Positions 41,084-45,213 of a stretch of DNA of 45,213 nt are shown one piece after another (positions within the stretch are counted from its first letter, which is position 1; the number at the start of each line of letters is the position of its first letter). The stretch covers positions 1 to 45,213 of the forward strand of contig KZ538834.1 of assembly GCA_000934665.2 (NCBI GenBank), written 5' to 3'. The position numbers were made by a program, and so were the translations under genes. Source of the DNA: Catajapyx aquilonaris. Lineage: Eukaryota. The notes under the pieces are model-generated. The model saw nothing but the letters and a program-made list of their open reading frames with translations, was not told the origin of the DNA and did not search any database.

Positions 41084-41526
41084 ATGTTATACTTACTTTA
41101 TATACTCCAGACATCAGTAATTCTTGCTGCAGAATAACGTAGGACCTATGCTAATAATACAGCAGAGTGATTTGAGAATTGTCATAATTATCCTTATGAA
41201 GTGCATTAGCAACTGTACAAAATTTTTTAAAAGGAACTAAACTTCTAAACACACGGATAGGTCTGCAGTAACTATTCCAAAGAAGACATAAAATTCTTAT
41301 TCCTACTTAACTGAGTTTTTGGGCAATAAAGCATGGACCACTTTAAACATAAATTAATTAGCACTGCTTGGCCAAGTCATGAGTGCATCGCCATATTTAA
41401 GCCAGGGCAAGAAGAGAAGCACTAGTCACGCTATGCCCGGTCATGCGACTGATACTTCTGGCAGTAAACTAGTCATACAAACTCTCAAAACGACCTTATC
41501 GTGACATCTAACACCGCGATTCTTCC

Positions 41527-41560
41527 TATAAAATCAGGAGTAACCTCAGAGCCCTCATTC
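41527..41560 (+). promoter_or_regulatory. Core promoter of the second IR gene: TATA + Inr
   Basis: TATAAAA at 41527 and TCATTC (TCAKTY arthropod Inr) at 41555-60, with its A 30 nt after the first T of the TATA box. Confidence 0.6.
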
Positions 41561-41623
41561 CACCACTTACACCTCGACAGTGTTGATATGGTTTCACATT
41601 GCTCTTTGCTCTTTGAACCCAAG

Positions 41624-43582
41624 ATGAAGATCATAACATTATTTTGCACAATTATGGTGCTTATTTTGTCATCCAGCCCGGAAGCCATTCACGTCATGCC
41701 CCCCGTGCAACAGGACAAAGACTTGCAGACAGTGCGGGAGTTTCTGCTCAAAGTATTGCACCTTCAGTTATCATTGCAACCGCCTCTTGTGATATCACAC
41801 GACTACGATCGCTTACCCGATCAGTTGGGGGAGGTGGTCAAATCGCGTCACAACAGATATGACCTCACAATGGTCATCCGGAAAGGAGGATCGGTCGAAG
41901 CCTTTCCAAAGACATTCCCTTTCCAGCTTCAAGGTGTCCATCTTGTTGCAGTGTCCAAGAACACGTTCAGTGATCTACTGGCGCGAATGGATCAACTAGT
42001 GAACCTCCGATACGGTACCGACTACTACATCATCTGGATCAAAGATTCGACAAATTACGGCCAAGTTGAGCCCTTCTTTATGAAGGAACCGGCTTCGGAC
42101 TTCAGGTACAAGATCATTCTGACAACTTCGGAAAGTGGAAAAGCACAGTTGAATTCAGTTTGCTTTTTCTGCAAGCAAGGAGAGGCGGTGTCTACGGATC
42201 TCGGGATATACTCACCAGGTGATCGGGTACCCGATTTGGCAAAAGTGTTTCCGGACTATTCGACCGACTTCCACGGGAAACTCCTGAGAGGATCGTATGT
42301 TGAAGCCATAGACATGGAAGAGTCTATGAAGAAGTACAATAACTTGGAGTCTTTATCCATAACTGCAAATGCCATGCTGTACATAGGACGTGGATTCAAT
42401 GCTCCGTGGGTTGTGAACGCATTTGAACTGACTGTGGAAAGTGCGAGTGATTCACCTCTTCCAAATGGTACGTGGGTTGGGAAGATTGCAGACGTGATGG
42501 CCGGAAGAGTTGAATTCGGATTCGCGATAGTTCCAAGTGCTGAGATTATGGAAGTTGTCGACTCCACAAAGTCCATAATAACTGATGCAGTCACATTTGT
42601 CACTACATTGCCAGGGAACGTCCACACCTGGAAAGTAATCGTGCAGCCTTACACAATGTTTCTCTGGTTACTCATTTTCTCCAGTATTGTCTTATCATCT
42701 GTGGCTCTTTGGTTCATTGCTTGGGTTGAACCGAAATTTCCCGGCTCTAAAAATCCATCAGTGAACAAGTACTTTAGGTATGCAACTGGGGCATTCATAG
42801 AGCAATTTAATGCCATTCAAACTGACACAATCAGTACGAGAACATATTTAGTGTTTTTTCTCTACACGTCAGTGATAATCAGCACTTGTTACCGCAGCAA
42901 GTTGTTCGCCTTCATGACAATGCCGGAAAAAGAGTTCTACCCGAAAAATTACGCCGAAATAATTGGTTCCGAATTCACCCTGTACTTTCCCACACCTCAC
43001 AAGATGGTTTTCAAGAGCATGCTGGAAAAGACTGTCGACAGCAGCACCGCGTTTCATCGGGCAGTCGAGGAATCCGAGTCGTTCTGGACCATACAAGAGT
43101 GCGTCAAGATTCTGATGGAGGAAAAGGCTGCTTGTGCGACTGTAGGAACTTTGCTCTGGGAAGAAGCCAAGAGATATGTCGATTTGAAAGGGAATCCTCT
43201 TGTTCAGGCAACGGAGGCTTCGGCCCTCGATTACTTTTTCCCAATGGCCCTTCGAAAGCATTCGGTGTACTTGTCCCGTATGAATTTTGTCATCTACAGC
43301 TTCATCGAATCAGGTTTACTCACACACTGGATAGCCTATTCGGAATATGGGCAGTTTTTTGAAGGGTTGAAAGAAGTGCGAGAAATGGCTAAAATCACGG
43401 GGTGGGACGTGAACGGCGACGCTGAGATTTTTGGATTGTCACAGCTGAGTGGACCCTTCTATTTGCTGGGGGTTGGATTAATTGTGAGTCTAGCAGCGTT
43501 CCTGACGGAATTTTTTCTTTCTAGCACTGTTGCTTGCTGCTCGAAACGGAAACAACGTCCTGCTAACACTTTCCTAGCGTAA
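41624..43582 (+). CDS. Divergent ionotropic receptor (variant iGluR chemoreceptor), intronless, ~652 aa; paralog of 36074-38023
   Basis: Start set at ATG 41624 (signal peptide MKIITLFCTIMVLILSSSPEA; in-frame ATG at 41588 is an alternative); PLPNGTWVGKIADVMAGR, VIVQPY..LW, GAFIEQF, STCYRSKLFAF, LSQLSGPFYLLGVG. Confidence 0.93.
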   Translation: MKIITLFCTIMVLILSSSPEAIHVMPPVQQDKDLQTVREFLLKVLHLQLSLQPPLVISHDYDRLPDQLGEVVKSRHNRYDLTMVIRKGGSVEAFPKTFPFQLQGVHLVAVSKNTFSDLLARMDQLVNLRYGTDYYIIWIKDSTNYGQVEPFFMKEPASDFRYKIILTTSESGKAQLNSVCFFCKQGEAVSTDLGIYSPGDRVPDLAKVFPDYSTDFHGKLLRGSYVEAIDMEESMKKYNNLESLSITANAMLYIGRGFNAPWVVNAFELTVESASDSPLPNGTWVGKIADVMAGRVEFGFAIVPSAEIMEVVDSTKSIITDAVTFVTTLPGNVHTWKVIVQPYTMFLWLLIFSSIVLSSVALWFIAWVEPKFPGSKNPSVNKYFRYATGAFIEQFNAIQTDTISTRTYLVFFLYTSVIISTCYRSKLFAFMTMPEKEFYPKNYAEIIGSEFTLYFPTPHKMVFKSMLEKTVDSSTAFHRAVEESESFWTIQECVKILMEEKAACATVGTLLWEEAKRYVDLKGNPLVQATEASALDYFFPMALRKHSVYLSRMNFVIYSFIESGLLTHWIAYSEYGQFFEGLKEVREMAKITGWDVNGDAEIFGLSQLSGPFYLLGVGLIVSLAAFLTEFFLSSTVACCSKRKQRPANTFLA

Positions 43583-44379
43583 AATGCCCCAAGTAATAGC
43601 TTACGTACTCCAAGTCATAAAATACTGTATATTGCATGGACTATTATCCTACGTGGCATCATAATTATCTATCTTCGTATTTTAGAAATTTATATTGAGA
43701 ACAGGTAATTTGACGCAAATAATTTTCATGATAAATTTGCACGTGGGTAAAATTGTGAAATTGAAATTTTATTCCCACATTGTGAAGGTGTACTGGGAAG
43801 TACGCTTATAAAATATTGGTTTGATTGAAAGTACAGTTTTAGCGCATGCTAAAAAATTTTAATAAGGTGTCGCGGAAATGACAAAATTATTATTATGAGC
43901 TTGTAAACTTTATGATGAAATTTCTAGACACCACATCGTATAAAACGCAGTCACATAACTCAATAAATAAATTATGGTTGGAAAATAACTAACTAAGTGT
44001 GCGCAATTATCCGACCTGAAAGTAAACGTGTTCATACATAATTTAAATCATTTTTCAGGCTCACAAACAGTCGTAGTGATATGCATAATATTATTATATA
44101 ATTTTTTTTTTTTTTGTAATGAGTTAAGAATAATGCTTAAGACGTTCGAATGCTTGTTGCGTCCTTTTGTTGTGAATCGTCAGTCAAGTCGTTTTCGAGA
44201 TCATGAGAATACACGTTCCAGAAATGTCTGAAATTTTTCATTCCACTTGCTTGGGCAGACTTGCAAGGCATCAATAAAGCAGGCATGTGCCAGTTATGCA
44301 TCATCCCATTTTCAGGTTTAATTTTTGTTCTTCACCGTTACAAAAAAGAGGGTAAAACAGGAGCAATGTAGTGTATTGT

Positions 44380-44839
44380 GGGGAGGTGTGGTGGCCGTGA
44401 TGGTAACGTCTCGGCTTGCTGAGTGAAAGGCCCCAGGTTCGATCCCCGCCTGGGGAACTTTCCTTTCACCTGCGTCAGGAGGGTCTCTGACCTGCACCAA
44501 GGAGGTGTCTGGCAACATAACCTCCTGGGGGACAGCACATGACCCCTTTTACCGACATTGCACTTGCACCTATGTTCCCTCCCCAAAAATCCCTATCCCT
44601 ACCCTACATCCTTGTCTCCTTGCACCGGTGTATGAAGTTAACCCTGTAATGCCCCTTGGGTCATATCTGGCACACCATTTAGTGCAATTTGGCACTTACA
44701 GGAAATATAAAAATTGCAAAAATTGCACTAAACTGTGTGCCAGATATGACCCAGTGGGCATTACAGGGTTAAGGAGTGAAAATGGTGGTATCCCACCCCC
44801 CTAAAAAGGCTAAGCCTTATCACGGGGTAACGTAAAAAA
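44380..44839 (+). mobile_element. tRNA-derived SINE (~330 bp excluding nested MITE) with 15-bp TSD
   Basis: A-box TGGCCGTGATGG (44392-403), B-box GGTTCGATCCC (44436-446), 3' end CGGGGTAACGT plus oligo-A, TSD AATGTAGTGTATTGT at 44365-79 and 44840-54. Confidence 0.88.
44642..44768. mobile_element. piggyBac-type MITE (127 bp) nested in the SINE
   Basis: TTAA|CCCTGTAATGCCC...GGGCATTACAGGG|TTAA; ~49-bp TIRs with 4 mismatches. Confidence 0.9.
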
Positions 44840-44977
44840 AATGTAGTGTATTGTAAGTATTTATCATGGTGCTTAGCTATTGTTGTTTTTGGCTCCAGAT
44901 ATTCCAATCAATCAATACAACATGGCGAATATTCCAGCTTTTAAAAATGCCGCTTTTTTTCAAAAATAACTGCTTAA

Positions 44978-45213
44978 AGGGACACTCCAGTCTGAAGACA
45001 AGTTGATGTCTAAAAATCAGGCAAAAAATCCTGACTCCAACGCAAAAATCCGTTTGTCTCAAAACAGAACCGTAACCGGGGTCGTGGGGTCAAATCCTCG
45101 CCGTCTGCTAACCAAGCAATGCGTTTTTCCCTATTCGGGAGTGTCGCCGCCTGCTGAGGATGATGTCAAACATCAAGCAGTCATACCTTTGGGATGGACC
45201 TAAGCGTTATTGT
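44978..45213. mobile_element. Second Kolobok/T2-type MITE (related subfamily), truncated by the window end
   Basis: TTAA|AGGGACACTCCAGTCTGAAGACAAGTTGATGTCTAAAAATCAGGCAAAAAATCCTGACTCC aligns without gaps to the TIR of 34806-35312; internal sequence differs. Confidence 0.8.

Noticed and set aside
41501..41623. N-terminal extension of the 693-aa ORF from a GTG start
   Set aside because: Non-ATG start that overlaps the TATA/Inr; the signal peptide begins at ATG 41624
35971..43362. Antisense and alternate-frame ORFs overlapping the IR genes (e.g. 37307-37879 minus, 42886-43362 plus)
   Set aside because: Shadow ORFs of real coding sequence with no recognisable domains
44380..44460. tRNA gene
   Set aside because: A and B boxes are present but there is no clean acceptor stem, and the sequence continues into a body with tail and TSD, so it is a SINE head

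Overview
Eukaryotic (protostome, most likely arthropod) genomic DNA with one 87-N assembly gap; there are no prokaryotic operons, CRISPR arrays or rRNA. The first ~34 kb is mostly non-coding and rich in TAATTA motifs. It carries scattered minus-strand exon candidates that I cannot assign to a gene; the best is a 220-aa Ser/Pro/Arg-rich ORF at 25462-26124 ending in an MLCK-like calmodulin-binding motif. The last ~11 kb holds two tandem, intronless, divergent ionotropic receptor (IR, variant iGluR) genes, both lacking the S1 arginine that binds ligand carboxylate. They sit among several structurally intact small mobile elements: two related TTAA/AGGG (Kolobok/T2-type) MITEs bracketing the pair, a Gypsy-type solo LTR upstream of the second IR, a tRNA-derived SINE with a piggyBac-type MITE nested in it, and a 57-bp LINE-like 3' stub whose end resembles the SINE tail (candidate SINE-LINE partner pair). 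I found no unambiguous new biological system. The most promising leads are the IR pair, the SINE/LINE tail match and the orphan ORF.
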